NCBI GenBank assembly: GCA_964543655.1
Contig: CAZIZE010000013.1
Span: 1-35,994, forward strand
Length of the DNA stretch: 35,994 nucleotides
Origin: an uncultured bacterium
GTDB taxonomy: Bacteria; DYJV01
Reading direction: 5' to 3'
In this document: in pieces, positions 1-9,860 of the stretch
How the letters are laid out: every line of letters begins with the position of its first letter
Position numbering within the stretch: the first letter of the stretch is position 1
The notes under the pieces: model-generated
What the model was told of the DNA's origin: nothing
The model's database searches: none
Seen by the model: only the letters and a program-made list of their open reading frames with translations
Program-made: the position numbers and the translations under genes

Positions 1-185
1 AGTAACATTATTGTGCCAAAAGCAACAAAAGGGACTCCTATATAAGTTGCATATTTTACAAGTCTGTTTTCTTTAAAACCTGTAAAAATATTTATAAGAT
101 AAGCAATAAAATAGCCGCCGCCTGCTACTCCAGCTGCCCATAAATAGAGCCAGATTTGCCATTTCCACAAAAGTTCTTCATGCAT
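1..185 (-). CDS. NrfD/PsrC-family integral membrane subunit (HybB-equivalent), 5' part only; runs off the window
   Basis: Not in the ORF track. Manual translation from ATG at 185: MHEELLWKWQIWLYLWAAGVAGGGYFIAYLINIFTGFKENRLVKYATYIGVPFVAFGTIML..., matching the NrfD N-terminal pattern W-x-W-x-I-x-x-Y-L-x-x-x-G-x-x-x-G. It starts 1 nt after the stop of the HybA-like gene. Confidence 0.8.
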   Translation of the reverse strand, partial: MHEELLWKWQIWLYLWAAGVAGGGYFIAYLINIFTGFKENRLVKYATYIGVPFVAFGTIML

Positions 186-186
186 T

Positions 187-1104
187 TTAATCCTCCTCGG
201 ATTCTTGGCTTTCAGTTATAGATTTTATTGAATTTAAATATTCTTTTAGTTCTTTTTTCTCCTCTGGTTTTCTATGAGATAACCAGAATGGCATAATTAA
301 AACAGAAATCAATCCAGCACTAAACAAACCGCTTAACCAGCTTTCAGCCATAATATTGGTTGCTACTTTAGGATTATCAGGTAAACCATAAACTGAAGGC
401 TTATCAAGCAGTATTGAAATATGATGCATTCCACCAAGCTCAAAATCGCCATAAAGATTTGCTTCTTTATAACCCTGCTCTTTTAATTCTTCTATTTTTT
501 TCCTTGCTTTTGTAATTAAATCTTTTCTATTTCCAAAAGTCAATGCACCAGTAGTGCAGTTTGCAACACATGCAGGCACTTCACCTTGCTTAAATCTTTC
601 AAAACATAATGTACATTTTCTTGCTGTTGCTTTTTCTTTGCCCTCTCCAAGATGAGGCACACCAAATGGACAGGCCTGGGCACAATATCCACATCCAATA
701 CACCAGTTCTGATCTATAACCACAGCACCAATTGAAGTATGGTGCGCTGCTCCTGTAGGACAAACATTTACACAGCTTGCTTCTGTACAATGAAAGCATC
801 TTCTAAAAAAGAAAGGATGTTTGTCTCCCTCTTTTGCAATTTCTATTAAATTCCAGGTATTTTCTGAGAGATCCTCTGGTTCATCATATAAACCAGAAGG
901 CCCTATCTCAGGTGGTAAATTATGCACTCTTTTACAGGCATTCTGGCAAGATTTGCAACCAACACATTTAGAAGCATCATAAAGAACAGCTACTTCACCA
1001 TTAAACTTAGGTGTAACAGCAGTTTTCCCTTTAATTGGTTTGAGCAATAAGCTTCCAGATGTTAATCCAAGAATTTTTAAAAAACTTCTTCTATTTAAAG
1101 ACAT
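187..1104 (-). CDS. hybA: HybA-like 4x[4Fe-4S] ferredoxin subunit of a membrane-bound hydrogenase
   Basis: Tat motif NRRSFLK; four Cys groups (CVGCKSCQNAC, CFHC..SCVNVCP, CIGCGYCAQACP, CTLC..ACVANC); C-terminal TM helix; lies between a hydrogenase small subunit and an NrfD gene. Confidence 0.85.
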   Translation of the reverse strand: MSLNRRSFLKILGLTSGSLLLKPIKGKTAVTPKFNGEVAVLYDASKCVGCKSCQNACKRVHNLPPEIGPSGLYDEPEDLSENTWNLIEIAKEGDKHPFFFRRCFHCTEASCVNVCPTGAAHHTSIGAVVIDQNWCIGCGYCAQACPFGVPHLGEGKEKATARKCTLCFERFKQGEVPACVANCTTGALTFGNRKDLITKARKKIEELKEQGYKEANLYGDFELGGMHHISILLDKPSVYGLPDNPKVATNIMAESWLSGLFSAGLISVLIMPFWLSHRKPEEKKELKEYLNSIKSITESQESEED

Positions 1105-1126
1105 TAAATGCCTCCTTAAAATTCAT

Positions 1127-2230
1127 CTATTCATCTTCACTTTTTTTATTACCAATTTTAGTTAAACCAATGGCAACAGCACCACCAACAGCAGCACCAA
1201 TAAGACCTCCTAAAATTTTATCAGCTGATGATGGAACTTCTTTCTTTACTTTACCCACTTTTGGATACGTTGCAGGTGGTATATATTCCGGGATATTAGC
1301 CTGATTGTATGCTCCAAGCTCCCAAAAATCTGGCTCAGTACATGCAAGGCATCCATGACCAGCACCAACTGGCCAGCTAACGCCATCATTCCATCTCACT
1401 CTTGGGCAATTTGCAAATGTAACTGGTCCTTTACATCCCATTTTATACAAGCACCAGCCATTTCTATGTCCTTCATCTCCCCACTCATGGACAAATTCAC
1501 CTCTATCAAAGTGAGCTCTTCTTTCACAATTATCATGTATTCTATACCCATAAGCAAACAATGGTCTCTTTAATTTGTCAACTTTTGGCAATTTATTGAA
1601 AGTAATATAATGTACAATAGTAGCGGTAATATTTACAGCATTAACGGGACAACCAGGTAGATTAATAATAGGTTTATCCTTTATAATATCCATAACTCCA
1701 GCTGCTTTGGTTGGATTTGGAGCAGCTTTTGGCAAGCCTCCAAAAGATGCACAGTTGCCAACAGTAATTATTGCAAGAGCATTTTTAGCTGCTTCATGTA
1801 AATGCTCAATAGCTGTCTTTCCACCTATTGTACAATAAATTCCATTTTCTGCTGTAGGGATAGCACCTTCCACTATTAAGATATATTTCCCTTCTTTTAT
1901 TGTTTTTTCTTTTGCCTCTTCTGCAAGATAACCAGATGCTGCCATTAAAGTCTCATGATAATCAAGTGATAATGTGTCAAGAATTAATTTTTCTACAGTA
2001 GGACGTGTGGCTCTAAGGAAAGACTCTGCACAACCAGCACAATCCTGAAATTCAAGCCATATAACAGGTGGCCTTTTTTTAGTTTCAAGTGCATGGGCAA
2101 TTTTAGGAGCCATTGTAGATTCAAGTGCCAAAACACCTGCCATTGTAGTACAGAATTTAAGAAAATCTCTTCTGGATACTCCGCTTGATTTTAATTTTTC
2201 TTTAAAATTTTCCTTGAATACTTTAGACAT
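1127..2230 (-). CDS. hybO: Membrane-anchored uptake [NiFe]-hydrogenase small subunit (HybO-like)
   Basis: Tat signal SRRDFLKFC...AHA; proximal-cluster ligands DCAGC, GNC, PGCP; distal H-x2-C and CLYKMGC; medial WPVGAGHGC (Pro, so [3Fe-4S]); C-terminal TM anchor; SD GGAGG upstream. Confidence 0.92.
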   Translation of the reverse strand: MSKVFKENFKEKLKSSGVSRRDFLKFCTTMAGVLALESTMAPKIAHALETKKRPPVIWLEFQDCAGCAESFLRATRPTVEKLILDTLSLDYHETLMAASGYLAEEAKEKTIKEGKYILIVEGAIPTAENGIYCTIGGKTAIEHLHEAAKNALAIITVGNCASFGGLPKAAPNPTKAAGVMDIIKDKPIINLPGCPVNAVNITATIVHYITFNKLPKVDKLKRPLFAYGYRIHDNCERRAHFDRGEFVHEWGDEGHRNGWCLYKMGCKGPVTFANCPRVRWNDGVSWPVGAGHGCLACTEPDFWELGAYNQANIPEYIPPATYPKVGKVKKEVPSSADKILGGLIGAAVGGAVAIGLTKIGNKKSEDE

Positions 2231-2309
2231 GTCTGCCTCCTGATGGAAGAAAGGGTTAATATTTTATATTGTATAATGTATTTTAAATATAATTTCAACT
2301 AATTTTTGA

Positions 2310-2342
2310 TTTTTTTACAATTTTTTTACAATTTTTTTACAA
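2310..2342. repeat. Three perfect tandem 11-bp direct repeats (TTTTTTTACAA)x3 upstream of the hybO-like gene; candidate regulator binding site
   Basis: Copies at 2310-2320, 2321-2331 and 2332-2342, just upstream (minus strand) of a TTGACA-like hexamer TTGAAA at 2298-2293. Confidence 0.7.
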
Positions 2343-2411
2343 AAGATTTATTACCATAGAACTTTTAGCAATTTTTTAATAACATATTAAAAATTTCAAT
2401 TTACCACTCTT

Positions 2412-4673
2412 CTATTTCTCTAACTCTTTTTTTAATTTAAAAATTTCTATTTCCTTCATAAGGTTTTCAACTTCAACCTTAGCATCTTTTGAAATTTTAT
2501 CCATCACTTTAATATTCTCAAGGTAATTTTCATTTGACTCAACAAGCTCACTGGTAATTTCTTTAACTCTGTTAACAATCTCTCTTTCATCTGAAACAGC
2601 TTGAACTACTTTTGTGGTTAATCCTGATATATTTTCTATTTTATCTATAATATTTTTTATAGAACCAATCTGCTCTTTTGCAGAATCTGTAGTTTCTTTA
2701 ACTTTGATATTCATTTCTTCTACTTTTTCAAGAAGTATCTCAGTATTTTCCTTCTGAACTTTACTTGATTTATCAGTATCTTCAATCACCTCTTTTAACA
2801 AATTAACTTTCTCAATAATATTATCACCAGCTCCACTTAAAATCTCAGCAATATTTACAATAGAATCACTACTATCTTTTACCTTAAGAACAGTTTGCAC
2901 CAATTGTTTACTAACATTTGATTGCTCATTGGTTGCATTGGTAATCTGATTAATAGAAACTTTAACTCCCTCATTTGTCTCCACTATCTCTTTTACAGCT
3001 TTATTTGTGTTTTCTGCAAGTTCACTTCCATATTCAACTTCTCTAATCCCTTCTTCTATATATTTAGTTGATTCATTAATTTTTTCCTGAATATCTTTTA
3101 TAAGCCCAGCAATCTCTTTGGATGCACCAGCACTTCTCTCTGCAAGCTTTCTAACTTCATCAGCAACCACTGCAAATCCTTTACCATGTTCACCAGCTCT
3201 TGCTGCCTCAATTGCTGCATTAAGAGCAAGAAGATTTGTCTGTTCACTAATCTCATTAATAGTGTCTGTAATTTTTCCTATATTTCCAGCCATTTCATAA
3301 AGTTCATTAATAATATCTCCCTCTTTCTCAACTGAATTTTTAATGGTAAATATTGAATCAAGAAGTTTTTTCAAATGCTCCATACCTTCCTGTGCCTTTT
3401 CTACAGCTTCTGAACTAAACCCAAGAACATTGTTAGCATGGTTTGCCACTTCTTCAATACTTGCTGCCTGCTCATTTACAGCACTTGAAATAGAGTCTAT
3501 TTCTGTGGAAATATTTTCAACTGCATTGAATGTCTCCTGAATTTTGCTTTTTACGTCTCGGCCTGCTTCTTCAACTTCATAAATATTTTCTATACTATTA
3601 GAAACCTTATTGGAAACATTATCAACAAGCTCTGCAATATCTGTAAGTTTTTCTACTGTTTCATTAACTTTCTCAGACATCTCAGCCATATTTATATTTA
3701 CATGCTCTAAATTTTTATTAATCTGGGCAGCACTTGACGCAACATCATCTGCGCTATTTGAAACTTCTTCTATTGCAGCATAAACATTTTCAAGGGAGCT
3801 TTCTATATCATTCATCCCTTCATTTACTTTTGAAATTTTTGGGGCTATATCTTTAACATTTTGCTCAATCATAACATCTGTAATTTCGTCAATTTTAACA
3901 AAAATTGAGTACACCTTTAAGGACATTTTTTTTATATTAAAAATAATTTCATGCAATTTATCAATAAATGTGTTAAAATATTTACCTAACCCTCCAAACT
4001 CATCATGAGAAACTATTTCTAAATGTTTAGTAAGATCACCTTCTCCTTCAGAAATATCTTTTAAAGTGTATGAGAGAGAAGCAACTGGTTTTAAAATTAT
4101 CCTGTTTATTAAGAAAATTAAAATCAGAACAATTAAAATAACAATGAAAATATTAACCACTGAGTTGAATTTCACACTTTTTATTAGAGAAAAATAATCA
4201 CTTGATTCAATTGTAAGATAGTAGTACCCAATAATTTCTCTATTTTTCCAGGTTGTATGGCATCTCAGGCAGTATGGTGTAGCTTTTATTGGTAAAATAT
4301 ATTTAAGCAAGTTTTTATTGTTAATTTCTTTAAATTTTAACTCCTGAATATTCTCTATATCTTTACTGTAATTTTTACCATTATTTGCAGGGTCTGATGA
4401 ATATTTTACAACTCCTTTTTTATCAAGAAGAGAGAACTCTTTAATAATTTTCTCATCACCAATAACTTTCAATGTTTTTTCAAAAATTGCCATATTACCT
4501 TTCTGAAGAGCATCTGAAACAGAGCTAAAAGTAATATCCACAAGACCTCTTGAAGAATTTAAAAATAAATATTTAGTTTTATTTAAGTTATTAAATGAAA
4601 AGTATGCAAAAATTGCTAATATTATTAAAAAACCGAGAACTAATGGCAACAAAAGTTTACCTTTTATTTTCAT
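2412..4673 (-). CDS. Methyl-accepting chemotaxis protein with periplasmic c-type heme (CxxCH) sensor domain and very long signalling domain
   Basis: TM1, periplasmic domain with CLRCH (nt 4257-4271), TM2, HAMP (KPV...GEGDLT...[11 protein letters not shown]), hairpin tip [37 protein letters not shown]. Confidence 0.95.
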   Translation of the reverse strand: MKIKGKLLLPLVLGFLIILAIFAYFSFNNLNKTKYLFLNSSRGLVDITFSSVSDALQKGNMAIFEKTLKVIGDEKIIKEFSLLDKKGVVKYSSDPANNGKNYSKDIENIQELKFKEINNKNLLKYILPIKATPYCLRCHTTWKNREIIGYYYLTIESSDYFSLIKSVKFNSVVNIFIVILIVLILIFLINRIILKPVASLSYTLKDISEGEGDLTKHLEIVSHDEFGGLGKYFNTFIDKLHEIIFNIKKMSLKVYSIFVKIDEITDVMIEQNVKDIAPKISKVNEGMNDIESSLENVYAAIEEVSNSADDVASSAAQINKNLEHVNINMAEMSEKVNETVEKLTDIAELVDNVSNKVSNSIENIYEVEEAGRDVKSKIQETFNAVENISTEIDSISSAVNEQAASIEEVANHANNVLGFSSEAVEKAQEGMEHLKKLLDSIFTIKNSVEKEGDIINELYEMAGNIGKITDTINEISEQTNLLALNAAIEAARAGEHGKGFAVVADEVRKLAERSAGASKEIAGLIKDIQEKINESTKYIEEGIREVEYGSELAENTNKAVKEIVETNEGVKVSINQITNATNEQSNVSKQLVQTVLKVKDSSDSIVNIAEILSGAGDNIIEKVNLLKEVIEDTDKSSKVQKENTEILLEKVEEMNIKVKETTDSAKEQIGSIKNIIDKIENISGLTTKVVQAVSDEREIVNRVKEITSELVESNENYLENIKVMDKISKDAKVEVENLMKEIEIFKLKKELEK

Positions 4674-4684
4674 TTATCAACTCC

Positions 4685-5602
4685 TTAATAAATTTTTGTA
4701 GGATCAGTATAAAAGGGATTATCAGGTTTATAAGGGAAATCTTCATTTACACAACCAATGCATGGTGTATTAGAATTAATACAAAAATTTGTACCAAGAT
4801 TCCATCTTCTAAATGGGCAATCTGTATATGTTATAGGTCCCCTACAACCTTTTTTTAGCAGGCAGCCTTCTTTTTCATTAAAATTCATTATATATTTATC
4901 CTGAGCAAAAAATTGAAATCTATCACAATGGTCATGAATTTTTTTATCTTTGCCAAAATATTTTACTGGTTTAAATTTCTTATCAAGCTTTGGGGGTTTC
5001 CCATATGCTACAAGATATGCAACTGTTCCTAAAAACCTATCTGGTTGAATAGGACAACCAGGAACTCTAATAAACGGCTTCTTAATATTCTCTTTTTTCA
5101 TTACATATTCAACATCTCTTGCACCTGTGGGATTCATATTTGATGCAGGAATCCCTCCCCAACTTGAACAGGTACCCATAGCTATAATACCTGCTGCATT
5201 TTTCATAATTCTAACAGATGCATCGTAAAATGTTTCTTCTCCAAATAAACAGGCTGTTTTTATTTTCTCCGGGATAGAGCCTTCAACAACAAGGAAATAT
5301 CCACCTTCTTCTACATTTTTATTAATTATATCAATAACCATTTCACCCTGAGCAGCAGAAATATTTGGGTGAAATTGTGTATCTATTATCCTGGTTATAA
5401 CATAAAACAGCTCTGGAGAATCACCATAAAGTAAAGAAACAGAACAACCACTACAGGCTTGGCCCTGCAAAAATATAACTCTAACATCTCCTGAGGCTAT
5501 TCTTTCAAATGCATGAGCTAAATCACTGCTAATCAGAGGGCTTGCACCTATAACAAGTGCTATTTGACCACATTTTTTTAAAAATTCCCTTCTTGTAAAC
5601 AT
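4685..5602 (-). CDS. Tat-exported [NiFe]-hydrogenase small subunit without membrane anchor (group 1a/[NiFeSe]-like)
   Basis: TRREFLK...LAHA signal; CSGC, GTC, PGCP, HDHC, CLLKKGC; medial segment NFCINSNTPCIGC has Cys where the HybO-like subunit has Pro; no C-terminal hydrophobic helix. Confidence 0.9.
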   Translation of the reverse strand: MFTRREFLKKCGQIALVIGASPLISSDLAHAFERIASGDVRVIFLQGQACSGCSVSLLYGDSPELFYVITRIIDTQFHPNISAAQGEMVIDIINKNVEEGGYFLVVEGSIPEKIKTACLFGEETFYDASVRIMKNAAGIIAMGTCSSWGGIPASNMNPTGARDVEYVMKKENIKKPFIRVPGCPIQPDRFLGTVAYLVAYGKPPKLDKKFKPVKYFGKDKKIHDHCDRFQFFAQDKYIMNFNEKEGCLLKKGCRGPITYTDCPFRRWNLGTNFCINSNTPCIGCVNEDFPYKPDNPFYTDPTKIY

Positions 5603-5614
5603 ATTAATGCTCCT

Positions 5615-7081
5615 TTAATGAATTGAACACGCAGTGCATGGGTCATAACTTCTAACTGTCCTACCTGCTTCAAGTAGCTGAGGAGGATTGGCTATTGGAG
5701 TGCCAATTAATGCTTTTTCAACTGGGCTCATCTGACCTTTACTATCACGAGGACCAAAATTCCATGTTGTTGGCATTATCATTTGGTAATTCTTTATTTT
5801 ACCATTTTCAGCTACAATATAATGAATAAGCTCACCTCTTGCTGCTACACTTCTACCAAGTCCTTCACCAGTAATAGGTTTTGAAATATCTGCTTCATTA
5901 ATTGTTGGCTTTGATGGATCTATTTTAAAAACTATTCTATTAACATAATCAATCAACCTCTTTGCTTCATATGCCCTGGCAAGAATTCTGCCCATAGTGG
6001 ATATTGCTTTTCTTTCTGGAACATTTAATTCCTTTAAAGCATTGAAAAAATCTTTATCCCTGGCAAGATACATTCTTCCAAGTGGTCCAACTTCCATTGG
6101 ATGTCCATTGTATCTTGGAGATTTTATCCATGAATATGCTCCACTTTTATCAGGAGCAGGAACAGTTTTAGATTTTTTAAATTCATACCCTTCATCAGGA
6201 CCTTTATAAAAACTGTGAGCAAGCTCTTCTCTAATGTTTGAAAAATTATAATTCTCCTCTTTCCAATTTATCATAACCTTATCATTGAAGAGAGGAGTGC
6301 CTGTAGCATAAAATGACTTGTGAGAAAATAGATTTGGATAACTGAAACCAATATCAAAATATTCTTTAAAATATTTAGAAAGATTCATTGCATCAGGGAT
6401 ATAATTAGAATAAACAAATTCCTCCATTATACCTGCAACATCAGCAACCTTTGCAAGCCTGTCTATGGAAAGTATTGAAGTGGCTCCACCTGGCAAAGTT
6501 GAATGCACAAATGGAACTTTTGCTCCAAGAACTGCTATGCCACTTCCCATACGAGGGAACAATCTCATAGCTTTAAGATAATTAACAACCATATTTAAAC
6601 CAATTTCTGGTTCTGTAATATATTTACCTTTGGGTTTTTCTGTTAGCAATACAGGACTTTTCTTGGCTACCCATTCTTTGGTGTCGTTAATAAATTTATC
6701 TTTGCCATTATATTTTAACACAACTGCAAAATCTACCCAATCAGCAAGACTTAATGTGTAAAAGTGCAAAATATGATCCCAAACCATATGAAGTCCCAAA
6801 ATAACATCTCTTATTAGCATCCCATTTTCAGTTGGTTTTAATTTATACAGGTCCTCATTTGCAAGAATTGAAGCCATTCCATGAACTTCATGACAAACCC
6901 CACAAACTCTCTGGGTGATTCTAACAGCATCAAAGGGATGTCTGTTTTTTAGAAAAATTTCAAATCCTCTAAACATTTCTCCTGCTACTTTTGAATCAAC
7001 TACTTTGCCATTTTCAACTGTAACATATACCCCAACGTGACCCTCTATTCTGGTCATAGGATTAATAGTAAGTTTTGCCAT
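5615..7081 (-). CDS. [NiFe]-hydrogenase large subunit, no C-terminal cleavable extension (group 1a/[NiFeSe]-like, all-Cys)
   Basis: NPMTRIEGH, FRGFE, L1 QRVCGVCHEVH, AYSWIKSPRY, MEVGPLGR, PTTWN; L2 RSYDPCTACSIH is followed directly by the stop codon. Confidence 0.93.
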   Translation of the reverse strand: MAKLTINPMTRIEGHVGVYVTVENGKVVDSKVAGEMFRGFEIFLKNRHPFDAVRITQRVCGVCHEVHGMASILANEDLYKLKPTENGMLIRDVILGLHMVWDHILHFYTLSLADWVDFAVVLKYNGKDKFINDTKEWVAKKSPVLLTEKPKGKYITEPEIGLNMVVNYLKAMRLFPRMGSGIAVLGAKVPFVHSTLPGGATSILSIDRLAKVADVAGIMEEFVYSNYIPDAMNLSKYFKEYFDIGFSYPNLFSHKSFYATGTPLFNDKVMINWKEENYNFSNIREELAHSFYKGPDEGYEFKKSKTVPAPDKSGAYSWIKSPRYNGHPMEVGPLGRMYLARDKDFFNALKELNVPERKAISTMGRILARAYEAKRLIDYVNRIVFKIDPSKPTINEADISKPITGEGLGRSVAARGELIHYIVAENGKIKNYQMIMPTTWNFGPRDSKGQMSPVEKALIGTPIANPPQLLEAGRTVRSYDPCTACSIH

Positions 7082-7138
7082 ACCAAACCTCTTGTATTTT
7101 TTTTCTCAAAGTGTTTATAACGGAAAAGAGATTAAATT

Positions 7139-9850
7139 TCAAGAAATTTCTATTGCCTTTTTAACTATGTTTGCTAACTCTTTTAATGTGAAAGGCTTTC
7201 TTAAAAAATTTTCTCCTTCTACCAATTTTTCAAAATTTTTTAAATATGCTCCACTATAGCCAGATGTATAAATTATTTTTATCTGTGGAAAACGTTTTTT
7301 AATCTTTTCAGATAGTTCCCATCCATTAATTTCAGGCATAATAATATCAGTAATAACCACATCTATTGTTAAATTGATTTCTTCTATTTTCCTTAAAGCT
7401 TTTTTACCATTTTCAGCCTCATAAACATTGTAACCTATTGTCTTTAATGCCTCAGCTGCAAAAGTCCTTACATCATTATTGTCTTCTACAATTAAAATAT
7501 TTCCCTTTCCAAAAGTTATTTTATTTTCACTATCTCTCTCTTCTACTATATTTTCCTCTTCAGCAGTAACTGGAAAATATATTTTAAATGTGGTTCCTCT
7601 GTTCAATTCAGAATCAACATCAATAAACCCATTATTTTGCTTAACTATTGTAAAGATAACAGAAAGGCCAAGTCCTGTTCCTCTATTTTTCTCTTTTGTT
7701 GTAAAATAAGGCTCAAATATTTTATTTTTGGTATCTTCATCCATACCAATTCCATTATCAGTAATTGAAATAAATGAATATAAACCTGATCTTATTCCTG
7801 AAATTTTAAAAAAATAATTATCTTCAAAATGTTTAATACCTGTTTCAATAGTTATCCTCTTATTTTCTGAATTTTCTAATTTATCTTCAATAGCATCCTT
7901 TGCATTTACTACAAGATTTAACAATATCTGCTCTATTTGCGAAGCATCAGCTTTAATATATGGTAAATCTTTGTATAAAACAATCTGGAGCTCTACATCT
8001 TCACCTATTAACTGCCGAAGCATTTTTTCAAGTGATAAAATTAGTTGATTTAAGTTTAAAATTTCAGGATTAAAAGGGTGTTTCCTACTAAATGCCATTA
8101 GTTTGCTAATTAAATTTTTGGCTTTTATACCAGCATTGTATATGGATAAAATACTTTTATACAAAGGATGATCTTCAGAAATTTTTTTAAGTGCAATTTC
8201 TGAAAAACCATTAATCACAGTAAGGATATTGTTAAAATCATGGGCAATACCCCCAGTAAGTCTGCCTATTGATTCCATTTTTTGAGCATGAAGCAATTGA
8301 ACCTCAAGCATTTTTTTATCTGTAATATCTTTAATAGTTCCTCTAAGACCTTTTAAATTTCTATTTTTATCAAAAATAGGTGTAGCTGATAATAATCCTA
8401 TAACTTCTTTTCCATCTTTCCTTTTAAAAGTTATCTCATAATCTTTTATTTTACCTTTCTTTTTAACTTCATTTACAAAAAACTCTCTATCTTCAACATG
8501 TTTATAAATATCTTTTGCTATATCAACTTTTTTTATCTCCTCAACAGAATCATAACCAAAAAACTTTAATCCAGCAGGATTTATATCTATAAATTTACCA
8601 TCTAAAGTTGTAATAAATATTACATCCTGTGATTCTTCAAATAACATTCGAAATTTTTCTTCACTTTCTTTCAGCTTTTTCTCCATCTCCCTTTCTTTAG
8701 TAACTATCCTCCCATGACCGACAGTGCCTATTAATTTTCCATTCTCATCAAAAATAGGAGCTTTGTATACATCAAGGTGGAGATATTTCCCCCTCACATT
8801 ACCAAATTCATCAAATCTACCTGGTCTTCTATTTCTCAAAACTACTTCATCAGAATTAATACACTGCTCTCCAAAAGTAAACCAATCATCCCTATCAGGT
8901 CGCTCTGCTCTATACCTTTTTACAAAAAACATATCATCTTTGCCTATTGGTTCTTCTGTATCTTTTGCCCCAAGGAATTCAGCATCTGCTTTGTTAACAA
9001 ATAAAAACTTCCCTTCTGTATCCTTTGCCCATACAAGGTCTGGAATATTATCAGCCATTAACCTGTATAAATGAGAAATGTTTTTATACTTTTCTTCACT
9101 TTCCTTTAATTTTCTTTCAACTTCTTTCTGCTTGCTAATGTCAACCATTTGTGATAAAATTGCTGGTTCATTGTTGTAGGTGATTAACACAGCATTAACC
9201 AATATTTCTATAATTCTTCCATCCAAGGTTATTATTTTCTGTTCAACTGGAGATAATACTTCACCTGCATATAGTTTCTCCATTCTATCTTTTAACTCTT
9301 CTTTGTAATCAGGATGAATAAATTCATAAATACTTCTACCTAAAATCTCTCTTTCATCTTTTGCACCTACAGTTTTAACAGCAGCTTTATTAACATAAAC
9401 AATTTTCTCTCCAATATACACACCCATTGGATTTGGAGCATTATCAACAATTGTTCTGAATCTTTTTTCAATTTCAATAGTTGAAGTTATATCTATTGCA
9501 ATCTTTGCAAAATGTGTAATTTTATCATCACTATTTTTTAAAGGGAAAATAATTGCTTTTTCAAAAAAGTTTTCCCCATTTTTCTTTTTATTTAAAATTT
9601 CCCCACGCCAGACTTTACCTGATAAAATAGTTTTCCATAAAATTTTATAAAACTCTCCACCATGTTTTCCACTTTTTAAAATTTTTGGATTTTTCCCTAA
9701 AACTTCACTTTCTGAATAACCTGTAACATTTTCAAAAGCTTTGTTTACATATACAATATTCCCCTTTAAATCAGTAACAACTATACTCTCTCCAGCCTGC
9801 TCTACAATTTTTTTAAAAATATCATTTGTGATATTTTCCATAATTTCCAA
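7139..9850 (-). CDS. Soluble multi-PAS hybrid sensor histidine kinase / response regulator
   Basis: About four PAS/PAC repeats and no TM helix; H-box GGIAHDFNNIL; N-box QILLNLVVNAKDA; DNGIGM, FEPYFTTK, GTGLGL; C-terminal receiver (VEDN...TDIIMP...KPF). Confidence 0.93.
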   Translation of the reverse strand: MEIMENITNDIFKKIVEQAGESIVVTDLKGNIVYVNKAFENVTGYSESEVLGKNPKILKSGKHGGEFYKILWKTILSGKVWRGEILNKKKNGENFFEKAIIFPLKNSDDKITHFAKIAIDITSTIEIEKRFRTIVDNAPNPMGVYIGEKIVYVNKAAVKTVGAKDEREILGRSIYEFIHPDYKEELKDRMEKLYAGEVLSPVEQKIITLDGRIIEILVNAVLITYNNEPAILSQMVDISKQKEVERKLKESEEKYKNISHLYRLMADNIPDLVWAKDTEGKFLFVNKADAEFLGAKDTEEPIGKDDMFFVKRYRAERPDRDDWFTFGEQCINSDEVVLRNRRPGRFDEFGNVRGKYLHLDVYKAPIFDENGKLIGTVGHGRIVTKEREMEKKLKESEEKFRMLFEESQDVIFITTLDGKFIDINPAGLKFFGYDSVEEIKKVDIAKDIYKHVEDREFFVNEVKKKGKIKDYEITFKRKDGKEVIGLLSATPIFDKNRNLKGLRGTIKDITDKKMLEVQLLHAQKMESIGRLTGGIAHDFNNILTVINGFSEIALKKISEDHPLYKSILSIYNAGIKAKNLISKLMAFSRKHPFNPEILNLNQLILSLEKMLRQLIGEDVELQIVLYKDLPYIKADASQIEQILLNLVVNAKDAIEDKLENSENKRITIETGIKHFEDNYFFKISGIRSGLYSFISITDNGIGMDEDTKNKIFEPYFTTKEKNRGTGLGLSVIFTIVKQNNGFIDVDSELNRGTTFKIYFPVTAEEENIVEERDSENKITFGKGNILIVEDNNDVRTFAAEALKTIGYNVYEAENGKKALRKIEEINLTIDVVITDIIMPEINGWELSEKIKKRFPQIKIIYTSGYSGAYLKNFEKLVEGENFLRKPFTLKELANIVKKAIEIS

Positions 9851-9860
9851 ACTCTATTAT

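Noticed and set aside
1127-2230. O2-tolerant (6-Cys proximal cluster) hydrogenase
   Set aside because: The proximal motif is CAGC, without the supernumerary Cys of the CxCC pattern.
5615-5650. Selenocysteine in the hydrogenase L2 motif
   Set aside because: The codons read GAC CCA TGC ACT GCG TGT TCA ATT CAT TAA, so both ligands are Cys and the stop is TAA.
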